64,000 nt of DNA from an uncultured virus (IMG/VR IMGVR_UViG_3300003320_000433) (Duplodnaviria; Heunggongvirae; Uroviricota; Caudoviricetes). Where the stretch lies: the IMG/VR virus record IMGVR_UViG_3300003320_000433; one strand, 5' to 3'. The number at the start of each line of letters is the position of its first letter. The first letter of the stretch is position 1. The position numbers and the translations under genes were made by a program. Below the pieces are notes generated by a model. It made no database searches and was not told the DNA's origin. It saw only the letters and a program-made list of their open reading frames with translations. Positions 46,739-55,080 of this stretch are shown in pieces.

Positions 46739-47227
46739 ATGCTGGAAGCGTTCGCCCTGTACACCTGGTACGAAGAGGGCGAGGGCCGCGAGTTCGTGGC
46801 GGCGTTCGTGACGAGCCCCACGACCCCCGACCCGCACGGCCGTGCTCACGAGGTGATGCGGCGGATGTCGGCCGACGGAACGCGGGGTGACTGCTTCTCG
46901 GTCGAGAAGCTGGACATCAACATGAGCAACAAGGAGCTCGGCCTCAAGCCGACGATCGACGAGATCGAGACGGACGACTTCCTGGACGCTGTGTACCGCG
47001 AGCTCCTGGAGCATGGCGTCGTACAGCTTCCGCTCTGGATGAACCAGGCCTGGGTCAAGCACGAGATCAAGATGCGGTACAACGACTCCGTGGCACTGAC
47101 CGGGCGTCGGCTGGAGCTCGTGCCCAGGACCGCGCTGACCCGCTCAACGGACGCGGCCGAGTCTGAGGCGTATGATCGGGACGCAGCAGCCGAGGACGCC
47201 GGATTCGTAGAGAGCACCGACGCATGA
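46739..47227 (+). CDS. hypothetical protein
   Basis: CCAAGGAGG RBS fused to hammerhead 5. Confidence 0.75.
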   Translation: MLEAFALYTWYEEGEGREFVAAFVTSPTTPDPHGRAHEVMRRMSADGTRGDCFSVEKLDINMSNKELGLKPTIDEIETDDFLDAVYRELLEHGVVQLPLWMNQAWVKHEIKMRYNDSVALTGRRLELVPRTALTRSTDAAESEAYDRDAAAEDAGFVESTDA

Positions 47228-47319
47228 ACAAGCCTCAGCGCCCCGACCATTCGGGGCTGTGGTTCTGGTTATTAACCATCGCCCTGCTCGCGGCGTACAT
47301 TAAGTCGCAGCGGGGCTGA
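47224..47319 (+). CDS. 31-aa membrane peptide
   Basis: ATGA overlap; GLWFWLLTIALLAAYI. Confidence 0.5.
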   Translation: MNKPQRPDHSGLWFWLLTIALLAAYIKSQRG

Positions 47320-47331
47320 CTCTCCACCCCA

Positions 47332-47405
47332 GGTCGAAACGCTCGTGGCGCGACAGCCGGTCGTGCGCGAGCGTCCGCCGGTATGGTGCCGGTGCTGAAG
47401 AGACC
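47332..47405 (+). ncRNA. type II hammerhead ribozyme 6
   Basis: GGTC-GAAA-CGCTCG..CGAGCG-TC^(47375)-CGCCGGTA..TGCCGGTG-CTGAAGA-GACC. Confidence 0.92.
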
Positions 47406-47421
47406 GTGGAGGTCTGTGCAC

Positions 47422-47706
47422 ATGAAGTTGGACAAGCTGATCGAGGACCTGCTGGCCATCCAGGAGGAACTCCAGGAAGCTGGTGTGGACACGTCTGACA
47501 CGGACGTGCTTGCCGGCATCCAGCCCACGTATCCGCTCACCTCGGTCGTGGTCGGCGTTGTCTCGGGTGAGACGCTGGCTGACGAGTCCGAGAGCGAGCT
47601 CCGAGAGCCGGAGCGCAAGGCCGTCTGGGTCGCCACAGACCAGGTCGGCTCGTGGTCCAACTACAACCCCTACGCCCCGAAGGCGCTCTGGGAGGTGGCC
47701 AGGTGA
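47422..47706 (+). CDS. hypothetical acidic protein
   Basis: GGAGG RBS after hammerhead 6; MKLDKLIEDL...NPYAPKALWE. Confidence 0.75.
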   Translation: MKLDKLIEDLLAIQEELQEAGVDTSDTDVLAGIQPTYPLTSVVVGVVSGETLADESESELREPERKAVWVATDQVGSWSNYNPYAPKALWEVAR

Positions 47707-48020
47707 AACCGGAGATCAGCGTCACCCCGGCTCAGAAGGGGTCGAACTGCTACCTGTGCCACGAGACGGCTGCTGTGTGCTGCCTCCCGCGAGACCTGGA
47801 CGATCCTGACATCACGCCGGAGGCCAACGAGTGGTACGACATGGGCCTGCTCTCGTGCTGGGGCTGCATCCGCAAGATCCTCACCATGCTCATGTCCGAC
47901 CCCAAGCTCCCCGAGCGTGAGGCGGACGCGCTGGAGGAGGATGTGAGAGCGCTCCGACCCGAGCGTCTCGACGAGCTGGAACACAAGATCGACACGGCCA
48001 TCCAGGAACTGGAGAAGTGA
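47703..48020 (+). CDS. hypothetical Cys-motif protein
   Basis: GTGA overlap; CYLC and CWGC. Confidence 0.65.
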   Translation: MKPEISVTPAQKGSNCYLCHETAAVCCLPRDLDDPDITPEANEWYDMGLLSCWGCIRKILTMLMSDPKLPEREADALEEDVRALRPERLDELEHKIDTAIQELEK

Positions 48021-48175
48021 TGGCGAGCTTCACTAAGAACTGGTGGGCTAAGCATGACATGGACCGTGACGGCAAGGGCTGCTTCTTCATCGTCATGGTG
48101 ATAGCAGGAGCGCTCCTGTTCGTCGGCGTCGGACTCGGCATCATCGCCACGGTCGCAGTCGCCAAGCTGTTCTAA
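48020..48175 (+). CDS. small membrane protein
   Basis: TGATG coupling; long hydrophobic C-terminus. Confidence 0.55.
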   Translation: MASFTKNWWAKHDMDRDGKGCFFIVMVIAGALLFVGVGLGIIATVAVAKLF

Positions 48176-48186
48176 TCCTCAGCCTA

Positions 48187-48240
48187 GGACGAAACCTCCG
48201 TGAGGAGGTCCGCCGGTAAGGTACCGGTGCTGACGAGTCC
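48187..48240 (+). ncRNA. type II hammerhead ribozyme 7
   Basis: GGAC-GAAA-CCTCC-GTGA-GGAGG-TC^(48210)-CGCCGGTA..TACCGGTG-CTGACGA-GTCC. Confidence 0.95.
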
Positions 48241-48255
48241 CGAGGAGATTCGCGC

Positions 48256-49287
48256 ATGTCCGAGAGCATCACGAAGAGCAACCCCAAGCTGAAGACCATC
48301 CAGGCCCTGCTCGACAAGGCCAACCGGACCGAGAACCCGGCTGAGCGCGAGACCTTCCTGGAGAAGGCCGAGCAGCTCATGCAGAAGTACGCGATCGACG
48401 CGGCCATGCTGGCCGAGGCGAAGAGGATCGCGGGCGGAAAGCAGGAGATGCCGGAGAAGCGGATGACCACCTTCATGGCGGCCAACGACAAACTCGGCAA
48501 CCAGTGGTACAACCTGATCATCGCCGTGGCAGAGCACTACGACTGCCAGTTCTTCGGCTGGACCTCGGGCAATGGTTGGCTGGTCGGCTTCCCGTCGAAC
48601 ATGGACCTGGTCGAGATGGTCTACACGTCGCTGCAGCTGCAGGCTCTGCAGAAGCTCGACCCCAAGCCCGACAAGCGCAAGTCGTTCGACGAGAACGTCT
48701 ACATCCTGCACGAGGCTGGCATCAAGTGGCGGAACATCGCGCACCTGATGAACAAGGCGTATCACGAGGAGAAGGAGCTGGGTCGCCTGGAGCGTCTCGG
48801 CCTCCCCGAGGACACCGACACCTCCTGGTCCTTCCGCATCCCCGGTGCGGACAGCAGCTGGCAGGAGGTCCCCTGGGAGGTGGACGCTCAGGGCAAGGGC
48901 AAGAAGGACGGTGGCCGTCTGATCCGGGCGTGCAAGCGCTGGTGCTCCGAGATCGGAGAGCCGTACCGGGCCGTGCAGTCGCCGATCACCTTCCAGCGTT
49001 CCTACGCGCAGGGCTTCCTCAACGAGGTTCGCTACCGATTCGCCGCGCTGCGCAAGTATCGCGACGAGCAGGTCAAGGCGACCACGGGTGCTGAGCTGGT
49101 CCTGTTCGACCGCAACAAGCTCGTGCAGGACATGATGGACGAGCTCAAGCGGCTGATGGGGCACAAGGACGGCAAGGGTTACAGGCAGCGGATCGTGGGC
49201 GAGGCGTACGACCGTGGCCGACAGGACGGCCGCACGGCCGATATCGGGCAGGACCGCGTTGGTGGTCGCCGCAAGGAGATCTCATGA
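48256..49287 (+). CDS. DUF2786-like protein
   Basis: TIQALLDKA...ERETFLEKAEQLMQKYAID; FQRSYAQGF. Confidence 0.75.
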   Translation: MSESITKSNPKLKTIQALLDKANRTENPAERETFLEKAEQLMQKYAIDAAMLAEAKRIAGGKQEMPEKRMTTFMAANDKLGNQWYNLIIAVAEHYDCQFFGWTSGNGWLVGFPSNMDLVEMVYTSLQLQALQKLDPKPDKRKSFDENVYILHEAGIKWRNIAHLMNKAYHEEKELGRLERLGLPEDTDTSWSFRIPGADSSWQEVPWEVDAQGKGKKDGGRLIRACKRWCSEIGEPYRAVQSPITFQRSYAQGFLNEVRYRFAALRKYRDEQVKATTGAELVLFDRNKLVQDMMDELKRLMGHKDGKGYRQRIVGEAYDRGRQDGRTADIGQDRVGGRRKEIS

Positions 49288-49856
49288 GGTGCGGAAACTG
49301 CAAGGGTGAGCACGACACCGTGGCGCAGGTGCGGACGTGCTTCAACACGGTCGAGGGGCAGCCGTCAGCGAAGCAGATGTCGCTGGCGCAGGCTCTCGGT
49401 CGCGAGAAGGTGCGCCTGCCTGAGCATGCCGGCATGAGCGAGGAGGACTACCACCTCTTCATCGCCGGGCTCAACAGGAGCGCGATGGGCAAGTTCCTCG
49501 ACAAGATGCTCAAGCAGCCCAACTCGGGCCTGTCGAGGGACGAGCTGTTCGGCAAGCTGGAGAACGGCCGATACGCGCTGAAGAACGAAGAGGATGACGA
49601 CATCCGGTTCTATCACGTGTCTGGTACGCGACACAGGATCCTCTGGGAGCTCGTCGGGGCTCCTGGCGACTTCCGTCAGACGCGCATCTACAGGCCTGAG
49701 AAGATCCTCAAGCGCATCGCCGACGACCCGGTCGCCGCATTCGCGCTCTTCGGCCTCAACGTCGGAACGTGTGGACGGTGCGGATCACCGCTGACGCAGA
49801 AGCACACGCGTGAGCGCGGCATCGGCGACACCTGCTACGCCAAGATGACGGCATGA
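49284..49856 (+). CDS. DUF6011-like zinc-finger protein
   Basis: CGRCGSPLT....ERGIGDTC. Confidence 0.7.
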   Translation: MRCGNCKGEHDTVAQVRTCFNTVEGQPSAKQMSLAQALGREKVRLPEHAGMSEEDYHLFIAGLNRSAMGKFLDKMLKQPNSGLSRDELFGKLENGRYALKNEEDDDIRFYHVSGTRHRILWELVGAPGDFRQTRIYRPEKILKRIADDPVAAFALFGLNVGTCGRCGSPLTQKHTRERGIGDTCYAKMTA

Positions 49857-50076
49857 CGAGCAACGAGTTCGTACGGTGTGTGCTCTGGGGAATCATCCTG
49901 GGGTGTGCAGCTCGCGTGATCGTGGTAGTCGCCCAAAGCCTGTAAACGGGCGCGTAACGGCTCGGCGCGACCGCGTCGGGCAAAGGTACTCAGGGACGGC
50001 CCCGGAGCCGCCTACGACCCCGTAGGATCGCTCCTCGGGCCGTCCCTGCGTCTGTCCCTCGGCTCGGAGGCCGACG

Positions 50077-50295
50077 ATGAGATGGAATCAGGTGCCCGAC
50101 GGGGCATCTCTGGCCCTGTCCAAGGAAGCCGCGATGGAGATGCGCGGTGGTGGGCCCAAGACGTTCTTCACCGGAGTCATCTGCGGGGTGGTGTTGACCA
50201 TCGGCCTGCAGAGCTGCGGAACGAGCGACCACAAGACGACGGACAAGCCCAGCGACAAACCGTCCGTCAGCACAACCCACAAGCCCGGCAACTAG
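50077..50295 (+). CDS. small membrane / lipoprotein-like protein
   Basis: GGAGG RBS; hydrophobic segment ending LQSC. Confidence 0.55.
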   Translation: MRWNQVPDGASLALSKEAAMEMRGGGPKTFFTGVICGVVLTIGLQSCGTSDHKTTDKPSDKPSVSTTHKPGN

Positions 50296-50319
50296 CACAA
50301 GAGAGCGAGCAAGCCACAC

Positions 50320-50529
50320 ATGAGCGAGATCGGACTCGTCGGAATCCTGGTCATCCTGGGGCAGCTGGTCCTGGGGATCGGGGCCGGATCTGTGGCCCTG
50401 TGGGTCCAGCGACGGTTCTTCCTCCACGCCGACGAGGACCAGTCGTTCGTCATCCCTGGGACGGTAGCGTTCTTCACCTCCCTGTACTACTTCTGGATGG
50501 TGATCCAAATTGACGCTTTTGCGCAGTGA
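50320..50529 (+). CDS. small membrane protein
   Basis: Two hydrophobic segments. Confidence 0.6.
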   Translation: MSEIGLVGILVILGQLVLGIGAGSVALWVQRRFFLHADEDQSFVIPGTVAFFTSLYYFWMVIQIDAFAQ

Positions 50530-50926
50530 TGATGAACGGCGCAAGGTCTGGCTCGGTGTGGCAAGGGCCGTGGCCGAGGGCAGCCACTGCATCAGGTCGA
50601 AGGTCGGAGCGGTCATCGTCGTGAACGACTGCACGACATTCGTCGGATGGAACGATGTGCAAGGAATCGGCATTCCGTGCGATCTCGGTGGCTGTCCTCG
50701 CGGGGCAAAGACCAAGGACGAGCTTCCCAGCGGAGCCCCGTTCACGGGAGACGGCTGGTGCAATTCGATCCATGCAGAGATCATGGCGGCCATGCTGTAC
50801 TTCCGCCGATATCGACGCGTGAATCCCGACGTCATGCTGTACTCAACTCGTGAGCCGTGCGAGATGTGCTGGAAGGAGCTCATCGGACTCGGCTTCATGC
50901 GCGATCAGATCGTCTGGAGCAACTGA
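50510..50926 (+). CDS. dCMP (deoxycytidylate) deaminase
   Basis: SHCIRSKVGAVIV, IHAE and PCEMC zinc motif. Confidence 0.85.
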   Translation: MTLLRSDDERRKVWLGVARAVAEGSHCIRSKVGAVIVVNDCTTFVGWNDVQGIGIPCDLGGCPRGAKTKDELPSGAPFTGDGWCNSIHAEIMAAMLYFRRYRRVNPDVMLYSTREPCEMCWKELIGLGFMRDQIVWSN

Positions 50927-52812
50927 TGCCGGCACCCAGAGTGCATATCGAGCTGAGCGAGAAGGGTGACCGGATCGTTCTGCGCAGCCCGTTCTTCCCT
51001 GGCGTGAGCGAGATGTGCCAGGAGGTGCCGGGCCACAGCTGGTCCAAGACGAGGCGCTGCTGGAGCTATCCGGTGTCGCTCCAGACATGCCGCCTGCTGC
51101 GCCACGTCTTCACGGACATGCTGGTCGTCGGCAAGCGACTCTCAGCATGGGCTCGCGCAGCCATCGCCGAGGAAGAGGGCATGCGAGCTCTGGGGCAGCT
51201 CAGAGACACCGAGCTGGACCGTCTGCACGAGATCCTGCCCCGGTTGGCCGGTGCCATGGATGCTCGCACATATCAGCGGGTCGGAGCGGCGTTCCTCGCC
51301 AATCAGCCGCAAGGTGGCGTCCTGCTGGCTGACCAGCCGGGGCTCGGGAAGTCGATCCAAACGCTTGGCGGCATCGTTGAGCGCGGGCTTGAGGTCGGCC
51401 TCCACCTGATCGCATGCCCGGCCACGGCCATCAGGATCGTGTGGGAGAAGGAGGTTCGCAAGTGGACCGACTTCCGCGTGTTCCCCGTGGCTGGCAGCGC
51501 AGGGCAGAAGCAGAAGGCGATCGCTGCTGCTCTGGATGCTCCGGAGGACGAGCCCAGGTTCGTCATCATCAATCCGGAGACGACGCGCATCAAGATGGGG
51601 CGCTGGTGTCAGAAGTGCAAGTCGTTCGTCGAGGACTTCGCGACACCGCAGCAGGACATCGACCATCGCGAGGACGGCCACAAGACGCAGCCCAAGCCGT
51701 ACGTGATCCAGTTCCCGGAGTTCTTCGAGCCTACGTGGACGACGATCACAGTGGACGAGTCGCACAGGTTCCTGAGCGGCATCAAGGGTGCACACGCCAA
51801 GACTCAGATGGCCGAGGGCTTGTGTCGGCTGCCGATCGATCCCGACGGCCTCAAGGTGGCGCTCTCGGGCACGCCGATCAAGGGCAACCCGGTCAACTTC
51901 TGGGGTGTCCTCCACTGGCTGGATCCCAAGACCTACTCGTCCAAGTGGACTTGGGCATCTCAGTACTTGGAGGTCCAGGAGACCAGGTTCGGACAGAGCA
52001 TCGGCGGTCTGAACCCGGCTCGTGCGGAGGCTCTGTACCGATCGCTGGACTACGTGATGCTGCGCCGGACCAAGGCTGAGGTCGCAGAGGACCTGCCACC
52101 CAAGCAGTACATCGAGCACTGGTGCGACCCGTCTCCGCAGCAGCAGAAGCAGTACGACGAGATGCGCGAGATGGGCGAGGCCATGTTCGGCGAAGCCCAT
52201 GTGTCCGTCACTGGCGTTCTTGCCGAGCTGACCCGGCTCCGCCAGATCGCAACGGCGTACCAGGGTGCCGATGGCCCGATCATGTCTAAGAGCTGCAAGT
52301 GGACATTCCTCCTTGAGCTGTTGGAGGAACGTGGCCTGGTCGGGGGCAACCGGTACGACAACGGCACCAAGTACGTCATCGCCTCGCAGTTCAGCCGGGT
52401 GATCGACGCCATGGAGATCGAGTTCAAGAAGCTCAAGGTGCCCGTGCTGAAGATCACTGGCAGCGTGACGCCCAAGCAGCGCCTCGCAGCGCAGAACACA
52501 TTCCAGTCCGTTGGCGGGCCACGCATCATGCTCATCAACACGATGGCTGGTGGCGTCGCAATCGACCTGGACCAACACTGCGACGAGCTGTTCTTCATGG
52601 ACGAGACATTCATCCCGGACGACCAGGAGCAGGTTGAGGACCGCATCCACCGGGTGTCGCGCATCCACCGCGTGACAATCCACTATCTCTACGCACGGGG
52701 TAGCATCGACGAAAGCATCGCTCACTCCAATGTCGGCAAGGACGAGATCCAGAAGAAGATCCTCGACGGTCGGCGCGGAGTGAAGTTCGCACTTCGACTT
52801 CTCCAGGAGTAG
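50926..52812 (+). CDS. SNF2-family helicase
   Basis: LADQPGLGKS, VDESH, LSGTP, MLRRTKAEV, QVEDRIHR. Confidence 0.9.
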   Translation: MPAPRVHIELSEKGDRIVLRSPFFPGVSEMCQEVPGHSWSKTRRCWSYPVSLQTCRLLRHVFTDMLVVGKRLSAWARAAIAEEEGMRALGQLRDTELDRLHEILPRLAGAMDARTYQRVGAAFLANQPQGGVLLADQPGLGKSIQTLGGIVERGLEVGLHLIACPATAIRIVWEKEVRKWTDFRVFPVAGSAGQKQKAIAAALDAPEDEPRFVIINPETTRIKMGRWCQKCKSFVEDFATPQQDIDHREDGHKTQPKPYVIQFPEFFEPTWTTITVDESHRFLSGIKGAHAKTQMAEGLCRLPIDPDGLKVALSGTPIKGNPVNFWGVLHWLDPKTYSSKWTWASQYLEVQETRFGQSIGGLNPARAEALYRSLDYVMLRRTKAEVAEDLPPKQYIEHWCDPSPQQQKQYDEMREMGEAMFGEAHVSVTGVLAELTRLRQIATAYQGADGPIMSKSCKWTFLLELLEERGLVGGNRYDNGTKYVIASQFSRVIDAMEIEFKKLKVPVLKITGSVTPKQRLAAQNTFQSVGGPRIMLINTMAGGVAIDLDQHCDELFFMDETFIPDDQEQVEDRIHRVSRIHRVTIHYLYARGSIDESIAHSNVGKDEIQKKILDGRRGVKFALRLLQE

Positions 52813-52982
52813 ATATGGACTGGCTGGAAATTGCTCTGCTGATCGCTGTCGTGATTGTTCCTCCGCTCACTGCGTGGCGCGCATACCGCATGGGCTACCA
52901 GGCAGGAATTCGAGATGATCGAACACGACAGATAATCCGTAAGCGATACTCCAGTCGACCCAGAAACAGCAGAGAATCCTGA

Positions 52983-53013
52983 TTGCGCGAGCGACCGCCA
53001 TATGAGGTATAGT
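52983..53013 (+). promoter_or_regulatory. promoter motif copy
   Basis: ATATGAGG-TATAGT with TTGCGC upstream. Confidence 0.55.
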
Positions 53014-53050
53014 TGCTCGTGCCAAGCCTTCCGATCTGGAGCAGACACCC

Positions 53051-53599
53051 ATGACCGAACAGACCGCCGACCGCTTCGAGAAGCTGGTCGACAAGGACCC
53101 CTCGGACCTGCACGAGCGCTTCGCCGAGTGGCTCGTCGACAAGACCGGCTACGAGGACGTCGACACCAAGACCGTCCAGCTCGCCTGCTCCCTGCGGATC
53201 GAGTTCCAGAAGTCGCCGGAGAACCAGGCGGTGCTCGCCGAGAAGCGAGCGGCGGCGGAGGAGGCGGAAGCCAAGCGTGAGGAGAAGCGCGAGGCCCGCG
53301 AGCAGAAGAAGCGCGAGGAGGCCGAGGCCAAGGCGAAGAAGGCCGCGACCGCCAAGGCCAAGAAGGCCGCTCCGGTGGAGGCCGACGAGGACGAGGCCGA
53401 GGAGCCGCCTGCCAAGCCCGTGAGCCGTCGTCGCCGGGGTTCCGCCGCGAAGGCCGCGCCCGTCGTCGAGGAGGCCGAGGAGGCGGAGGAGCCCCCGGCC
53501 AAGCCGGTCTCCCGTCGCCGTCGTCGTCCGGCCGCCAAGGCCACCGCCGCGAAGGCCGCGCCCGTCGAGGACGACTTCGACGAGGACGACCTCGGCTGA
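53051..53599 (+). CDS. KTVQL-family protein, paralog 3, with Lys/Ala/Arg-rich repeat tail
   Basis: PSDLHERFAEWL..TG...DTKTVQLACSLRIEFQKSPENQA; EEPPAKPVSRRRR twice. Confidence 0.8.
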   Translation: MTEQTADRFEKLVDKDPSDLHERFAEWLVDKTGYEDVDTKTVQLACSLRIEFQKSPENQAVLAEKRAAAEEAEAKREEKREAREQKKREEAEAKAKKAATAKAKKAAPVEADEDEAEEPPAKPVSRRRRGSAAKAAPVVEEAEEAEEPPAKPVSRRRRRPAAKATAAKAAPVEDDFDEDDLG

Positions 53600-53691
53600 T
53601 TCGCCGCGCTGCCGGCAAGCACCAACCGCACAACCCTGAGGGGGACCGAGCCACAACCGGCCGGTCCCCCTCGTCATCCCCGGAGAGCACA

Positions 53692-53937
53692 ATGCAGATC
53701 TTCCTCCTGATTCAGGACCCCGAAGGACCGAGAACCAGAGTTCGTGGCGTGTTCACGACGGCCGACAAGGCCAAGAACCACGACAAGGAGCTCAAGGGTG
53801 GATGGAGCACCGGTCCGAGCATGGGCTGGTACGACATCAATCGTGGCAGTCTGACGGGGGCGCACCATATCGTCCGTCCAGCGCATGCCAACGAGGAGCT
53901 GGAGCTGTATGCCCATACAGATGCTGCGAACGTCTGA
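53692..53937 (+). CDS. hypothetical protein
   Basis: GGAG RBS. Confidence 0.6.
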   Translation: MQIFLLIQDPEGPRTRVRGVFTTADKAKNHDKELKGGWSTGPSMGWYDINRGSLTGAHHIVRPAHANEELELYAHTDAANV

Positions 53938-54907
53938 GCGCGGAACCTTCAAGGAGTGTCCTCAGAAGTGGCAGTGGTCCACCAATGAGGGGCTGGCAGC
54001 CAAGCGGGACTCGAACCCGCTCTGGTTCGGCCAGGGGATCCACATCGCCCTCGCCGAGTGGTATCAGAAGGGGCGGGAACGGGGACCGCACCCGGCTGAC
54101 ACCTGGGAGGACTTCTGCGCTGACGAGGAGCGCTACATCCCGACGGAGTACGACGAGGATGGAGCGAAGTTCGTCGAGGCCAAGGAGCTCGGCATCGCGA
54201 TGATGGAGGGCTACGTCGACAAGTACGGCGAGGACGAACACTGGGACGTCATCGCCACGGAGCAGACGTTCCGCCTCCTCATCGCCGATCCGCGTATCGA
54301 TCGGCTGCCCAACGGCAAGCGCAAGGCGCTGGTGCGCTATGTCGGCACGTTCGACGGTGTGTACAGGGATCTGGGCACCGGCGAGATCTTCCTCATGGAG
54401 CACAAGACGGCTGCCGGTATCACGACAGCGCATCTGCCGCTCGACGATCAGGCTGGCTCGTACTGGTACGTGGCCACGCGAGTACTCCGCAAGCAGGGCC
54501 TGATCGGGCCACGCGAGGAGATCGCAGGCATCCAGTACAACTTCATGCGCAAGGGTCTGCCGGACGACAGGCCGACCAACGAGCGCGGCGAGGCTCTCAA
54601 CAAGAACGGTTCGGTGTCGAAGAACCAACCGGCTCCGCTGTTCGTACGAGAGGTCGACTGGAAGTCAGAGGCCAACCGTGCGAACATGGAGCGTCGTATC
54701 CAGGCCGAGGCAATGCACATGGAGGCGATGCGCAACGGCACGCTTCCGATCTACAAGCGACCGCAGAGGGATTGCTCCTGGAGATGCGAGTTCTACAAGA
54801 TGTGCATGCTGGACGAGGCAGGCGCAGATGTGGAGGAGTACAAGGAGGCGGTCTACAAGAAGAGGGACCCGTACGGGGACCACCGAGATATGAGGAAGGC
54901 AGCATGA
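53909..54907 (+). CDS. PD-(D/E)XK Cas4/RecB-like exonuclease
   Basis: ECP, FGQGIH, GTFDG, MEHKT, CSWRCEFYKMC. Confidence 0.85.
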   Translation: MPIQMLRTSERGTFKECPQKWQWSTNEGLAAKRDSNPLWFGQGIHIALAEWYQKGRERGPHPADTWEDFCADEERYIPTEYDEDGAKFVEAKELGIAMMEGYVDKYGEDEHWDVIATEQTFRLLIADPRIDRLPNGKRKALVRYVGTFDGVYRDLGTGEIFLMEHKTAAGITTAHLPLDDQAGSYWYVATRVLRKQGLIGPREEIAGIQYNFMRKGLPDDRPTNERGEALNKNGSVSKNQPAPLFVREVDWKSEANRANMERRIQAEAMHMEAMRNGTLPIYKRPQRDCSWRCEFYKMCMLDEAGADVEEYKEAVYKKRDPYGDHRDMRKAA

Positions 54908-55080
54908 GGAGCGTCAAGGACGCTGGTCCCGGCGAGGTCGACCGACTGAGGCGTAGGATCGGACGGGCGCTCGGCGCTCAGGCGATCACAGCCGAGGATC
55001 ACGAGTACATCCGCACCCGACTCGACGAGATCGACCAGCGGATCGCGGACATGGAAGAGGAGGACGATGGCACGGCCTAA
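54904..55080 (+). CDS. hypothetical protein
   Basis: ATGA overlap. Confidence 0.55.
   Translation: MRSVKDAGPGEVDRLRRRIGRALGAQAITAEDHEYIRTRLDEIDQRIADMEEEDDGTA

Noticed and set aside
36743..48240. Repeats read as a CRISPR array
   Set aside because: Repeats are degenerate, separated by whole genes, and explained as promoters, RBS and ribozymes.
53909..54907. Cas4-like nuclease (and DinG) as CRISPR-Cas components
   Set aside because: No cas operon or array; it sits in a standard exonuclease-Sak4-SSB recombination module.
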